A DNA stretch of 64,000 nt from Felis catus (GCF_018350175.1 NC_058368.1:203858001-203922000), one strand, 5' to 3'. Counted from the first letter of the stretch, positions 50,591-63,330 are shown. Made by a program: numbers and translations. The notes: a model not told the origin generated them from the sequence alone.

Positions 50591-52699
50591 AGATATTCTC
50601 ATTATTAATATCCCAACATAAAATCTCTATCTTAAAACTGACCTTAGCTCCAAAATCCTATCCTACTTTCCACCCAAACCCATGTTATCTCATTTTACTT
50701 ATCCATATCATGTGTTAGTTTGGTATGTCAACCCTACAAAAGAATTTAAGTCATAATTACTCCAGATTGTGCCTTTCAGATGTCTTTCAAACTTACAGTC
50801 TTGCCCTGTTTCACATCGTTTACCTTATTCTGCCAGTTATTTTGCTTCTTGACAATGTGATATTTATCTTTCATTCACAAAAATACCACTCAGAATATGT
50901 AGATAGTTCTTGGAAATATGTAGATAGTTCTTGGAAATATCTAGTAATTTTTTTCTGCTAGTAATAATACTGCAAGGGTGTTCCAGGTCTCTAAATTGCT
51001 CTAATTAACATCACTTAGGTGATTACAGATGAGTTTGCTACAAGAGCACCATTATAAAATATTCCTATAAGGATTTTCAAAATTACACAGCTAGAATTAC
51101 CTCTACATGCTTTCACATATTAGTAGGCGTTTGTATTTCTTGACCTTAGCTTTTAAAGGTAAATTAATTATTTTTAAATATATGTGACTATAATATTTCC
51201 TCTCTATTTCACAATCCTAGTATTTTCAAAAAGGAAAAAAAAATATATTTATAGCATGTACATGTAAAGAATGAATCTATAAAATACACCTGAGAATGTG
51301 CATCTTGTAAAAGGATCTAGTTGTTGAATAAAGTCCAATAAAATATGAATACTTCTACCACCCCTAAGTAAATGGAAGCTCATAGATACTGCTTGAGCAT
51401 TGATATTTACTATCATATGAATTGAAGAAAAGCAGATGCTTTTTAAAGCCAATGCTTTAAAGCAGAACACAAAAGTAATGTTTTGAAAATGGGTGAAATC
51501 CCATCTTGTCTTTGGGCTGTCATTTAAGCCTTTAGACTTTGCCCATATGTTCTATTCACTATCCTTGTTCTCAGCCTGTGTTACCTGATTCCCAGTATGG
51601 TTATTTCCACCTTTTGTTCACAAGCATTTCCTCTTAACAATACACCATTCAGAAAAAGGTATGTCTTTGAATTGTCAACTCTTGTACTCAGTTCTGACAA
51701 AAGATATCACTCTAGTGTTTAAAAACTATATGTTAGAAATCTTGAAATTAACACCATTTGTTGACTATTAGAAATGAGCTTAATTTGACAAGTGGTACTT
51801 TAGAAAGTACAGTCAACAACATTGAAAAACAGAATCCTACATTCCTAAATGTGTAAATATTTAGCATAGGTTAATACGATATCACTTTAAGGAACCTAAA
51901 AGGATTATTATCAGGTCTGATTTCAACATGCATTTGTTATGATATATTCAATATATATTAAGGCCTCTGTTCCCCAGACAAGAAGAAGCAAAAGATTGGA
52001 GCAAATTTAAGTAATTGAAGGAAAAACTAAATGGTCTTAATTTCCTTGTGCTGGTGTAGATCAAATATACAAAACAAAGCAAGATCTCAATTGCCTAGAA
52101 TCTGAAAGAAATATAACTGAACCAAAAAAAGAGAAGTAAATTAGGAGAATTGCACTACACTTTCTTCAAGCAGTTATGAAGCCTATTTCTGATGCAATAC
52201 TGCAACAATAATGAAAAACATATATACCTATAAAAAAATCAAAATCTAAGAAAAAATTTGGAATATTAAAATTGTTTAAATGCTAAATCCACCAAAGCAT
52301 TCAATATTTTATTAACATATATAAAATAATATGTTCAAATACACTGTTGAATATAACTTTAGATGTAATAAATGAGATTAATATGTAATTTGTTAAAATA
52401 TTTTAAAGCACATGCCACATATTATAAAAAATTATAATTTATTACATGTTACTGGCAATTTAAAAATTAAGATATTCTAACTTGTTTAAAAAGTGAAATA
52501 GATTGTTTTGATTCATTAATTACAACACATATTTTCATTTATTGATATTTTAGATTTACATTAGTAGCTGCCTATAACTAAAATTTTTAGCTAGATCAAA
52601 GGTACTGAAGTCATAAACATGTTTACTGTTTGATTCTCATACTTTCTTTGTTTTTACAAAACTAAATCTCCTCATTGAAACAGATTATCACATAAAAAA

Positions 52700-53370
52700 T
52701 GAACCAGTACAATACCTTCCATGTAATATTATTTTAAATATTTGCTAGATCTTTCCAGAGACATTTAGACATATGCAAATATATAAATGAATCATATCTG
52801 TATATTATTTATTCACAAATGATAGAAAACTGTACCATGCTGTTCTATAACTCCTTTTGTTACTTAACAGTACTTCTCATTTTTTGTATTAACAGATAAA
52901 TGGAGTCCATACTCCTGTTTTACAGCTGCATCCAATTCCATCATGTTGAACTGTATCCAATTCATATCACATCAATTCACATCAGTCCACTACTGCTAAA
53001 TACTCTGTTCCATCATCTTTTCCTATTAACAGGGATGCAATAAATATTCTTGAATAAATATCACCTCCCACATAGGTAATCATACCTGTAGAGTAAGCTG
53101 GCGGTGGAAAATCTGGTACAGAGATATTTTGCTTTTTATAAATTAGATGTTTGCCAAATTTCCCTCCACACAGGCTGTACCAACTACACTCCCATTCGCT
53201 GTGTGTAAGAATGAGGATTTCTCCACACTCTTCCAACATGGTGTGCTATCAAAGATTTTTTTTTTCTTTGCTAGCCTGACGGATGTAAAAAGTTATGCCA
53301 CTGCAGTTTAACTTTCCATTTCTCTTACTCTGAGTGTGAATGAGGGTCTTTTAATATGTTGAAGAATGCA
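52700..53370 (-). mobile_element. Ancient L1ME-like fragment
   Basis: GCAATAAATATTCTTG...TTGCCAAATTTCCCTCCACACAGGCTGTACCAACTACACTCCC...CCACACTCTTCCAACA. Confidence 0.65.
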
Positions 53371-53378
53371 TTTTTAAA

Positions 53379-53591
53379 TTTTTTTTTTCAACGTTTATTT
53401 ATTTTTGGGACAGAGAGAGACAGAGCATGAACGGGGGAAGGGCAGAGAGAGAGGGAGACACAGAATCGGAAACAGGCTCCAGGCTCTGAGCCATCAGCCC
53501 AGAGCCCGACGCAGGGCTCGAACTCACAGACCGTGAGATCGTGACCTGGCTGAGGTCGGACGCTTAACCGACTGCGCCACCCAGGCGCCCC
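53379..53591 (-). mobile_element. Young Can-SINE
   Basis: Perfect flank repeat TGAAGAATGCATTTTTAAA at 53360-53378 and 53592-53610. Confidence 0.95.
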
Positions 53592-53684
53592 TGAAGAATG
53601 CATTTTTAAAGAAACAGTCTGATGTGCAATTTGGTAAATTGGTTACCAGCAATTTGATACTATGAATTTATTAAATCTAATACC

Positions 53685-54065
53685 TGAAAGGGCGGGCCTA
53701 CACCAGCCGACTCCATCTTGTTCTGTGTCCTTCACCTAGACCACGCCTCCTCCCCTTGAGTAACCTCCCTCTCACCCATTCAAACTTCCTGATCAAAACA
53801 CGCCCAGCGACCTGCGTAATAGGACTCTGACCCTTCCCCAGCCAATCAGCCGAGGCCACGCCCCTTCTCCAGCCAATCAGCTGCCCCTAGACCCCCTATA
53901 AAACCTTTGTGCTTTTGAAACTCGCTCTCTCTCCCTGGTATCTCACCGCTGCGTCAGTGCAGGTAGGGGATTGAGCTCGAGCTAGCTCGAATAAAGGCTC
54001 TTTTGCTTTTGCATCGGACTCGGCTCCCTGGTGGTCTTTGGGGATCACGAATTCTGGGCATAACA
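53685..54065 (+). mobile_element. Endogenous retrovirus solo LTR (gammaretrovirus/ERV1-like layout), 381 bp
   Basis: TG...CA termini; 5-bp TSD ATACC (53680-53684, 54066-54070); CCAAT at 53842 and 53873; TATAAAA 53897-53903; AATAAA 53990-53995; CpGs retained. Confidence 0.9.
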
Positions 54066-54199
54066 ATACCATTCCCGTTACTACAGTTGTTTCTGCCAAA
54101 GACCAACTCCGCTTGTGCACAATATCCCATCCCCTCTCAAGTGCTCAATGAGGCTGCTCTGGCAATTCTCCCCTCCCCTCCTGTGCCACAGTGGATCAC

Positions 54200-55780
54200 T
54201 ACCATTTGCATACAAGCACCCTACATTCCCTCTTAAAAACAAAACAAAATCAAAATCTTCCCTGACGCCATATCTCCTTCCAGATTTCATCTCATTTTTC
54301 TGTCTTACACCAAAACTCCTCCCCCATAAAAGGGCTACACTCACTATTTTCCTTTCTCAAAATTGCCTTCTGAATTTCTGAACACAATCTTCCTCAACAC
54401 TCCAGAGAAATAACTCTTGTTAAAGTGACTAGTGACCTCCAGGTTGAGAAATCAAATGGTTATTTCCCAAGTTATCTTATCTAACCTAACAGCAGTATTT
54501 GAAATTCTTGATCACACTCTCCTCCTTGAAACACTATTTTCACTTGGCTCCCAAGACACCACATTTTGGGTTTTCCTTCCACCTCACTGGCAATGCCTTT
54601 GGTCTCTTTGCTGATTTCTGCTCATCTCCCCAACCTGCAAATGCTAAATGTAGAGCATGCCAGGGCTCAAATCTCAGGTCTTTTAACTGTCTATGCTAAT
54701 GCCCTAGTGATCTCATCCAGTTTCTTTCCTCATATACCAACTATATTACAAATGCCACCAAAATTTTATTTCCAACTAAATATGTGCCCTGAGTTCCAGA
54801 CTTATAGTCTACTGTCTACTTGACATCTTGCCATAGGTGGCTAACAGGAATCTCTAAATGTTCCAAACAGAACTGATTTTCACCTCCCCACAGAATTTGT
54901 TCTGACCATATTCTTTCCTATTTCAATAAATAGCCAATTCCGGTGGTTCAAGCCAAAAATCTTGAAGTCGTCCTAGACTCCTTGCTTTCTCTCAAACCAC
55001 ATATTCCATAAATAAGAAAATCCTATTTGTTTTAATATTCAGAATGCAAACACTTCTCACCTCTACCTCTACCATGCTGGTCTCAGCCAGCATCATCTCT
55101 CATCTGGACTATTGCTGTATTCTCCTACTGGCTTCCATCTTTGTCCCATAAAATTGAATCTCACATACTAGCCAGGGTGCTCTTTCTAAAATAGGTGTCA
55201 GATTGGGGCGCCTGGGTGGCTCAGTTGGTTAAGTGGCCTACTTCGGCTCAGGTCATGATCTCGCGGTCCGTGAGTTCGAGCCCGGCGTCGGACTCTGTGC
55301 TGATAGCTCAGAGCATGGAGCCTGCTTCTGTTTCTGTGTCTCCCTCTCTGCCCCTCTGCGCTCTGTCTCTCTCTGCCTTTCAAAAATGAATAAATGTTAA
55401 AAAATATATATATTGAAAAGAAAAATAGGTGTCAGATTAAGTCAATTCCCTATTACAATTCCTCCAGTATCTTACCATCTCACTCAAAATAAAACCCAAA
55501 GTTATATAAAGGCACAAGATGTTACATGGGCTGGCATACCTGCATTTCTGAACTTATTTCCACACAGCTCTCCTCTTTATTTTGCCCAGTCAACACTGGA
55601 CTGAGGCTCTTTGCTAGTCCTGGAGCATGCCAAGTAGCATGCTGCTACTTCATGTTCATGTACCTGATGTTCTTTCCCTGGAATGCTCTCCTTCCAAAGA
55701 CCCATAAGCCTTGTTCTCTCCTTTCCTCCAGATATCTAGTCAACTCTCACCTTTTAGAGGAGGCTGATCTTATTCTAGGC
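54200..55780 (+). mobile_element. L2 fragment interrupted by a SINE
   Basis: CTCCTCCTTGAAACACTATTTTCACTTGGCTCCCAAGACACCAC...CAAGCCAAAAATCTTGAAGTCGTCCTAGACTCC...TCTCATCTGGACTATTGC. Confidence 0.75.
55205..55421 (+). mobile_element. Can-SINE
   Basis: Perfect TSD AAAATAGGTGTCAGATT at 55188-55204 and 55422-55438. Confidence 0.95.
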
Positions 55781-56253
55781 AATTAAAGAGCAACTGGAGG
55801 TTTATGAGAAAAGAGGATATTTTATGGAGGGTAATTTTGTTTTATTTGAATGGAGAAAAATTAGAGAGGAGATCAGTTAGGATAACATTATGATATTCAT
55901 GGTGTAAGCAGGACCTAATTTCAACTGGTGAACTATGTAAAATAACAACCTCCATCTCCTGATATTCTAAAAAGAGAAAAGGATACTCGCTAGTGGCATA
56001 ACCAAAAAGATTTCCAAAACTTCTTTGATCGCTTCTCCCCAGTCTGAAGTCATATAGATGTTCTTCTCATCTAGATACTTGTGTATGTTTCAGTTTCTCC
56101 GTGTAGATAATGGGGACAATAGTACCTATGTCAGAGAAGCATTATGAGGGTTACATAAAATGACTCATGCAAAAATATTTAACACAATTCTTGACATAAA
56201 ATAAACAATTAATAAATATTAGATATTATTTTATCATTCTTGGTTTTAGTTCT

Positions 56254-56450
56254 TTTTTTTTAAGTTTATTTATTTTGAGAAAGAGAACAAATGGAAGAGG
56301 GGGGCAGAAAGAGAGGGAGAGAGAAAATCCCAAGTAAAATCCGCGCTGTCAGCCCAGAGCCCCAGGCGGGCTCGAACCCACGAACCGTGAGATCATGACC
56401 TGAGCCAAAGTCAAGTCAGATGCTTAACGGACTGAGCCACCCAGGTACCC
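56254..56450 (-). mobile_element. Can-SINE (a MIR lies just upstream at ~56080-56235)
   Basis: TSD CTTGGTTTTAGTTCT / CTTGGCTTTATTTCT. Confidence 0.9.
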
Positions 56451-57074
56451 CTTGGCTTTATTTCTAATACCACCACCAACTGAAATCAAGTCCTCCTTGC
56501 ACCACGAATATCATAATGTTATCCTAACTGATCTCCTCTCCAATTTTTCTCCACTCAAATAAAACAAAATTAACCTCCATAAAATATCCTCTTTTCTTAA
56601 AGACCTCCAGTTGCTCTTCAATCACCTAGAGAATAAGATACATGCTTGTTAGCCTGGCATTCAGCACCCTCACAATCAGGCCTTATCAGGACTTCCCTCT
56701 ATAACTGAATTGCCCACCACTTCACATCAAGTTAATGCACACACTTTGCTCTGAATGAACCTCACATACACTTCCTATGTGAGCCCTTTGCAAGTCTCAT
56801 TCTCTCTATCTGGAATGTTTTTTCTCCTTCGAATACCTAAAAGCCCCAGCTATTTTCAGATATTCCCCATGCTTTCACTGAACTTTTTTCATTTGAAATA
56901 CTGTACCATGAAAGAGAAGCTAAAAATTAAAACTTTTATATAAACCAAAAAAAAGAAAGAATAAAATCATAAAAAGCATCAAAATAACAAAGTAATACAA
57001 ATAAAGATATATCAGTGACCACAATAAATGATCATATTTAAACTCAAAAGAAACACTGTACCATGTATCACTTA

Positions 57075-57345
57075 TTCCAATACGATCCACAGTAATATAA
57101 TGTGAACCACACAGGTAATTTTAAATTTACCAGTAACCACATTACAAAACTTTAAAGAAACAGATGAAATAAAATAATACCTTCAATATATGTAAAATAT
57201 TATCATTTCAACAAGTAATCAATATTACTACAAAAAATTATTCTTCTACATTCTGTTTTGTATTATTTCCAAAAGCCAGTGCATACTTTATATATATAAC
57301 ACATCTCAATTCAGACACCAAATTTTCATAGGAAATAATTGTTCT
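57075..57345 (+). mobile_element. Charlie1/MER33-like hAT fragment
   Basis: AATATAATGTGAACCACACAGGTAATTTTAAATTT...AATATTATCATTTCAACAAGTAATCAATAT...ACACATCTCAATTCAGAC; homologous to the reverse strand of 515-1002. Confidence 0.7.
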
Positions 57346-57349
57346 AAAC

Positions 57350-57659
57350 AGCAACTCTCTGTTCTCTATATTTAAGAGTTGATTATGTTTTATCCCCCTC
57401 CCTGTTTTTATACTCTTTTGCTTCCCTCCCCTTATGTTCCTGTTTAGTATCTTAAATTCTTCATAGGAATGGAGTCATATGATATTTGTCTTTCTCTAAT
57501 TTCACTTAGCATAATACCCTCTAGTTGCAAATGGTAAAATTTCATTCTTTTTGATTGCTGAATAATACTCCATTATATATACACACACATATGTGTGTGT
57601 GTGTGTGTATACACACACACATATATATATATGTGTGTGTGTGTGTGTATATATATATA

Positions 57660-57726
<67 letters not shown>

Positions 57727-59105
57727 CTTCTTTATCCATTCATCCATCAATGGACATTTGGGCTCTTTCCATTCTGTGGCTATTGTCGATAGCACTGCTA
57801 TAAACATTGGGGTGCATGTGCCCCTTCGAAACAGCACACCTGTATCCCTTGAATAAATACCTAGTAGTGCAATTGCTGGGTTATAGGGTAGTTCTACTTT
57901 TAATTTTTTGAGGAACCTCTGTACTGTTTTCCAGAGCGGCTGTACCAGTTTGCATTCCCACCAGCAGTGCAAAAGAGATCCTCTTTCTCCACATCCTCGC
58001 CAACACCTGTTGTTGCCTGATTGTTAATTTTAGCCATTCTGACAGGTGTGAGGGGGTATCTCATTGTGGTTTTGATTTGTATTTACCTGAAAATGAGTGA
58101 TGTGGAGCATTTTTTTCATGTGTCTGTTCATCATTTCGATATCTTCTTTGCAGAAGTGTCTATTCATGTCTTTTGCCCATTTCTTCACTGGATTATTTGC
58201 TTTTTTGGGTACTGAGTTTGATAAGTTCTTTATAGACTTTGGATACTAGTTCTTTATCTGATATGTCTTTTGCAAATATCTCTTCCCATTCCATTGGTTG
58301 CATTTTAGTTTTGCTGATTGTTTCCTTCGTTGTGTAGAAGCTTTTTATTTTGATGAGGTCCCAATAGTTCATTTTTGCTTTTGTTTCCCTTGCCTCCAAA
58401 GACATGTTGGGTAAGAAGTTGCTGTGGCCAAGGTCAAAGAGGTTTTTGCCTGATTTCTTCTTGAGGATTTTGATGGCTTCCTGTCTTACATTGAGGTCTT
58501 TCATCCATTTTGAGTTTATTTTTGTGTATGGTGTAAGAAAGCGGTCCAGGTTCATTTTTCTGCATGTCGCTGTCCAGTTTTCCCAGCATCATTTGCTCAA
58601 GAAACTGTCTTTATTCCATTGGATATTCTTTCCTGCTTTGTCAAAGGTTAGTTAGCCATACGTTTGTGGGTACATTTCTGGGTTCTCTATTCTGTTCCAT
58701 TGATCTGAGTGTCTGTTCTTGTGCCAGTACCACACTGTATTGATGATTACAGCTTTGTAATATAGCTTGAAGTCTGGGATTGTGATGCCTCCTGCTTTGG
58801 TTTTCTTTTTCAAGATTGCTTTGGCTATTCGGGGTCTTTTCTGGTTCCATGCAAATTTTAGGATTGTCTGTTCTAGCTCTGTGAAGAATGCTGGTGTTAT
58901 TTTGATAGGGATTGCACTGAATATGTAGATTGCTTTGGGTAGTATCGACATTTTAACAATGTTTGTTCTTCCAATCCAGGAGCATGGAATATTTTTCAAT
59001 TTTTTTTGTGTTTTCTTCAGTTTCTTTCATAAGCTTTCTACAGTTTTCAGGGTATAGATTTTTCACCTCTTTGGTTATGTTTATTCCTAACTATTTTATG
59101 GTTTT
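57350..59105 (-). mobile_element. Carnivore L1: ORF2 C-terminal part plus partial 3'UTR
   Basis: ORFs [22 protein letters not shown]...[37 protein letters not shown] and [16 protein letters not shown]. Confidence 0.96.
57575..57727. repeat. Compound (TA)/(CA)/(TG) microsatellite inside the L1
   Basis: About 150 bp of alternating purine-pyrimidine sequence. Confidence 0.95.
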
Positions 59106-62100
59106 CCAAATGAATGTTTTTGATGTGAAGTCTATACAGTGCACTATTTTCTTCTTTGAGTCACTGAAATTCCAAATATACATATACATTTGTGTGAATG
59201 TGTATGTGTGTGAAAGACAGAGAGTTTATTTTCCCCCATAGTCTCTTGTCACATCTCCATTGATCTGGATAACCAAAATTTAATTAGAAAAATTAGAAAT
59301 ACTCTGTTATTCCATTTGATCTTGCCACAGACATCAGGCAAGCAAAACTTGACCTGAGCAGATGGGTTTACTACTAATGCTTTTTGACTATCATTAAGTC
59401 TTGCCTCATTTCCTAAAGATACAAACTCTAGTCTCTATACCAACAAGGATGTGAGTTCCAGAGACATAAGAACTCTATAGAAACTAGCTCTATTCCAAGT
59501 CCCACAAAATTCAGTGTAGGAACAGTTGACTTTAGATATAATTTTCTAGAAGGTAACCAACCTTAGTTTTGAAAATTACTGAGGACCAATATTCATAGAC
59601 ATATCACCCAAATAGATATTTAAGGCCAAAAAAATCCTATTAAAGACTTTAGTATCCTGAACACTAAAAGAAAGAGACATATTTATGAAATTTGCCTAAT
59701 CTGGGCATAGCATTTTAGCTTCCAAGAGGTTTTCAAGCATGCATGTGCAGCCTGGAGAAGATTCAAGACTCAGCTGAATGTCAGAGCACATTATCGGGGC
59801 GGGGGGGGGGGGGTGGAGACATTTCAGGAATTTAGGATCCATGAAACCCTCAGAAATTCAGGCATCAGTTGCATATTATGAACAATAAGAACTTACAGAA
59901 CACCTGCTGGGTGTAAAACACACTGCTTTCCGTGTGTTGAAATTAAATTTCCTCTACTTAAGTATCAGAGACCACCTTACTTGTTTCCAGAAGCTCAAGT
60001 CCATATATCTGTCAGGACACAGCATCCCTTGTCACTATTGTAGATGACCCCTTTCAACCTGGTCCTCAACTGAGAAAAGTGCTGGAAAAGCCCAGTGATC
60101 ACACTCATAGAATAACTAATCATATCTATTCTCCTTTTCGATTTCCCCATAATTATTTCTGTCTAAAAGACTTTGAAAGTCTATTTCTAACCAATGGGAA
60201 AAAAATTTAGAACAAGACCTTGTCTCTAACTAATCATATTTCCTCTATCTTAGTCTATCCCACCTTCCTCAAACATCCCTATAAGATGACAAAAAAGTGT
60301 CCCAATATTTTTCTGATCAGAAAACCTAGATTTCAAAATAAATACTTCATATTCCTAAGTGCCTATTTACTTCATATAGATTTGATTCACATTTAAAATA
60401 GATTGTGGAACTTCTTGAAACTCAGAAATCACATCTTCTACTTTTCCCCTGATTTCCAGTCCACAGCTAGATGTGGATTTATAGCAAACCAATATGGATG
60501 GGCATTGACTCACGCTGGAATCCTGCTTTCAAAAGTGCAAGCCTGAGACGAAGATTTTGGGTAGACAAGATTTTATTTTCAGAGTAGGAATAAAGGAATA
60601 AAATAATCCCCATAGATCCCACTCAAGACCTCCCCAGCCGGCTGCCGTGACTCCTCACCTGGGCCCTCTTGGGAAACACAGGAAAAAGAAAAATGAGAGA
60701 TCAGGACAGAGTCTGGACACAGCCTTAGGCTAGGATTTGCTCGTAAGTAAACAGCTTCTGACCTGAACTTGCTAGCATTCTCTCTCTCTCTCTGAGACAG
60801 CAAAAGAGACAGGAGGTACACAATGGGGCTCCAAATTTGCAGTAGGCCCCTTCAAGTCAGATCACCTTACAGCCGTACATTTTATCACTTGAACACACCG
60901 CTTTTCCCAAAAGGATGCCCTCTCAATCTGGATATTCAAAGTCGAAAACAAATCACTGGAATCAAAGCCCACCAGCCACAAAGAACATCCACTTAGGATA
61001 ACTATATCCACTCGGTTGTCAAATTTGGCCCCATGGATCACTACCACTTTGTTATCCAGTAATGGTTTCACTGGGGGCTAAAGAAATCTTACTCCTACCT
61101 TTATAATGTTTCTTGAAAAGATCCAAAATATGAAGTTTATCTCATCTGTGAAATGTAAAAGAAAAGAGGATTTCCTTCAAATCAAACTATAATTCTGTAT
61201 TTAAAGCTACAACATAATAATAAAATATAAATTATAATACTTTAACACTTATATGGTGTTGGTTCTTAGAACAGGCGATATTCTAAGAACTTTAGGTATA
61301 CTAATTCATTTAATCATAATTTAACAACTGGAAGAAATTTTTTCCAATGGCCACATTCAAGTCCTGCAGAAGCGAAAACATCGAACAGCAGAACAGTTTT
61401 TCCTGTAGGCTTGCATTTGCCTTTTCTGAAAGGGAAATGTCAGGGTAACTAGTAGAATGTGTAAGGTGACATAACACCTCCTTGTCCCAAACGGCCCTTA
61501 CTCACGCCTCATATGGAGACATATCTTATAGAGCCCGCACGACTCTTAACCCTTCAGGAAAACTCACTTGGCAAACTGCCCTTCCCAGCAGCCAGCAGAG
61601 GCCAAACAGAGGAAGCATATTTGCTCCTCGCACTGGCTACTCCCGGGCAGATTCTGGAGCTGTCACTGGCTGTGGCTTCAGGCTTATCTAGAGATGTGTC
61701 ACATGTTTGCGCTGTTATGTGATCCACCCTGGCTGCCTTGTGCTCCTAAAAGCTTCTTCCATTCAATGACTTTTACACATTTCTAACAATTGTGAATGAG
61801 CTGTCATGTGACTCCCGATCACAAGGAAAGGCTTTTGTGGGTTAGGGGAAGGCGATCTCTCACCACCTGAACACAGCCCCAGCCTGACTGCGAAAGCAGA
61901 GCCTCCTCCCTCAGCACCCCGTGTTCCGGCTTCCCACCACCAGCCTCACCCCAACACCTCAACAACAGGCCCCCGCCACCACTTCTGGCACCCATAACCT
62001 CTTCACTGAAACTTCCCTTAGCAAAACATCCTGTAACTGCTAAATCCGGTAGCTACTCCTTGGGCCTCCTTATACTCAACTTCTCTGTGATACTGTGGAC

Positions 62101-62239
62101 CGTCCTGCCCTCGGAACAGTCTTCCCTGGGCTGCCCAGGACCATACTGCCCTCTGCTCCTATCACTGTGGCTGCAACTTCTCAGCTCTCTTCCTCACTTA
62201 TTTTCCTCTGCCTCCCCTTACACGTTGGCATCACCCAGG

Positions 62240-62597
62240 TGTCTTAGTCAAGTTCGGGCTGCTCTAACAAAGTACCATAGACTGCATGACTTATAAACAA
62301 CAGCAATCTGTTTCTTACAGTTCGGGAAGCTACGAGTCCAAAGAGATCAGGGATCCAGCACGGTCAGGTGCTGGTGAGGACCCCCACCCAGGTTGCAGAC
62401 TGCCAACTTCATGTTGCAGCCTCACGTGGAGGAAAGAGGACTTGAGAGCTCGCTGGGGTCTCTTTTATATCCCAGTCCTGAAGGCTCCACCCTCATGACT
62501 CAATCGCCTCCCAAAGGCCTCACCTCTGAAGACCACCATATAGAATGTTACGATTTCAGCCTATAAATTTGAGGGGGGACACATTCCGTTGTTAACA
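62240..62597 (-). mobile_element. MaLR solo LTR (MLT1A-like) inserted in L2-like sequence
   Basis: TGTCTTAGTC...GGCTGCTCTAACAAAGTACCATAGACTG...GTTAACA; 5-bp TSD CCAGG at 62235-62239 and 62598-62602. Confidence 0.88.
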
Positions 62598-62882
62598 CCA
62601 GGTCTGTGTCTGAGCCTCTCTCCTTCCTTCTCTACCAATTTTCCCTAGAGAATCGTATCTATCTACATGATGTAACCTCTAACCCTCGTTTTCAACTCCC
62701 GATCTCTCTCCTGAGCTCTAGATACACTCCTGCAACTCCCCTGGAACATCCCAACCTGGATGCTCACATGTGCCTCACACTGAAACACATTCTTTTCCCA
62801 CTCTCTCCTACCCGGCAAACTCTTCTCCTGAATCCTTCACATCAATTAGTGGCATCACTATTCTCACAGTTGCTATGCCAGT

Positions 62883-63330
62883 GTGAAGCATGGCTATAAG
62901 TTCTTTGATGCACTTGAGGTTTCTGAGGTTGGGTCATAACGAAACTGGCAGCTCTGCCTTGGTTTCTGGAAACACATGTTCTTGGAGCCCTGAGCCAGGA
63001 TGCAGAAAGCTCAATGATGCTAAGATGGCCATGCCTGAAAGGTCATAGGTAGGATGCACTGGCCACTCCTGTGAGTGAAGAGGCCATCGTCAAAGTGGGT
63101 CCTCCAGCCAAGCCCTTCCAGCCCCCAGCCATTTTAGGCACCCCCCTGCCATTTGCATCATCCCACAAAACATCAGAGACATTGTGAAGCAAAGGGAAGT
63201 TGTCACCACTGTGCTCTTTCTGAGTTCCAAATCCACGAAAGCCATCAACATTAAAAAAAAAAAAAAAAAAAAAAAAGACTGCTTTATGCCACTAAATTTT
63301 AGGGTAGTTTGTAATACAACAGTAACTATT
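62883..63330 (+). mobile_element. Old MaLR LTR (MLT1H-like)
   Basis: CATGGCTATAAGTTCTTTGATGC...TTCTTGGAGCCCTGAGCC...GCTTTATGCCACTAAATTTTAGGGTAGTTTGT. Confidence 0.65.

Noticed and set aside
1650..55389. Recurring ORFs such as MAQ(S/L)VK...QVMISRSVSSSPASGS...SLSQK looking like a gene family
   Set aside because: They are translations of Can-SINE copies with TSDs and A-tails, not genes.
60489..60497. CCAATATGG as an SRF CArG box
   Set aside because: It has only five A/T between CC and GG; the consensus needs six.
60862..61071. Minus-strand ORF KPLLDNKVVVIHGAKFDNRVDIV...
   Set aside because: GTG start, unrecognised protein, and a length compatible with chance.
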